The translations under genes and the position numbers were made by a program. From contig OX597821.1 in assembly GCA_951406725.2 (NCBI GenBank), forward strand, positions 41,044,001-41,108,000: DNA of 64,000 nucleotides, given 5' to 3'. Below, piece after piece: positions 63,495 to 64,000 of this stretch. Source of the DNA: Octopus vulgaris. Lineage: Eukaryota. The notes beneath the pieces are model-generated. The model searched no databases. It saw nothing but the letters and a program-made list of their open reading frames with translations, and was not told where the DNA came from. Positions within the stretch are counted from its first letter, which is position 1, and every line of letters begins with the position of its first letter.

Positions 63495-64000
63495 GTATCT
63501 ATATATTTATATCTCGTAATTTTTTTTCTCTCTCTCTCTCTGTATATATACATAAAAATAATATATATATATATATAATCATCATCATTACCATTATCAT
63601 CATCCCCATCATCATCATCATCATCGTCATCATCATCATCATCAAAATTTAAACATCTGTTTTCCATGCTGGCAAAGGTTGGATGGCTTCACATGAACTG
63701 GCAAGTCCAGAGGCTGCACCAACCTCCATGTCTGTTTTTGGCTTGGTTTATACAGCTAGATGCTCTTCCTAATGACAACCACATTACAGAGTGCACAGGG
63801 TACTTTTTATGTTGTAATTTGGTTTTAGAATTTCGATTCTGTTGTAGCAATACACCACATATCTCGGTCCTATCCCCTTTCCATGCATGCATGAGTCAGA
63901 CAGCATTCATTGAACGCAGATTTTTCTAGAACTGGGTGCCTTTCCTGTTGCCAACCCACACTTGTTCTGAAGCAAGCTAACATTTCCCTATGACCACACA

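Overview
AT-rich, microsatellite-dense eukaryotic DNA with no recognisable host protein-coding exon, so it is either intergenic or part of a very large intron. The repeat inventory points to a coleoid cephalopod, most likely Octopus; this is inferred from recalled repeat families, not from a search. Almost all ORFs in the supplied track are translations of simple repeats. Contents: a full-length decayed mariner (49390-50644); RTE-clade LINE fragments, one with a PHD finger inside ORF2; CR1 3' ends; at least four tRNA-derived SINE families, often nested and with target-site duplications; piggyBac-, Tigger- and Tc1-type MITEs; a non-autonomous Helitron; a Helentron-like element; and a possible solo LTR. 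The most notable signal is about nine type I hammerhead-ribozyme motifs (CUGANGA...GAAA...GUH, often with a palindromic stem III) from several unrelated repeat families. Some lie in 230-390 bp tandem units or inside inverted repeats, the architecture of Penelope-like pLTRs and non-LTR retrozymes. All structures were folded by eye, and repeat boundaries without a stated TSD are approximate.
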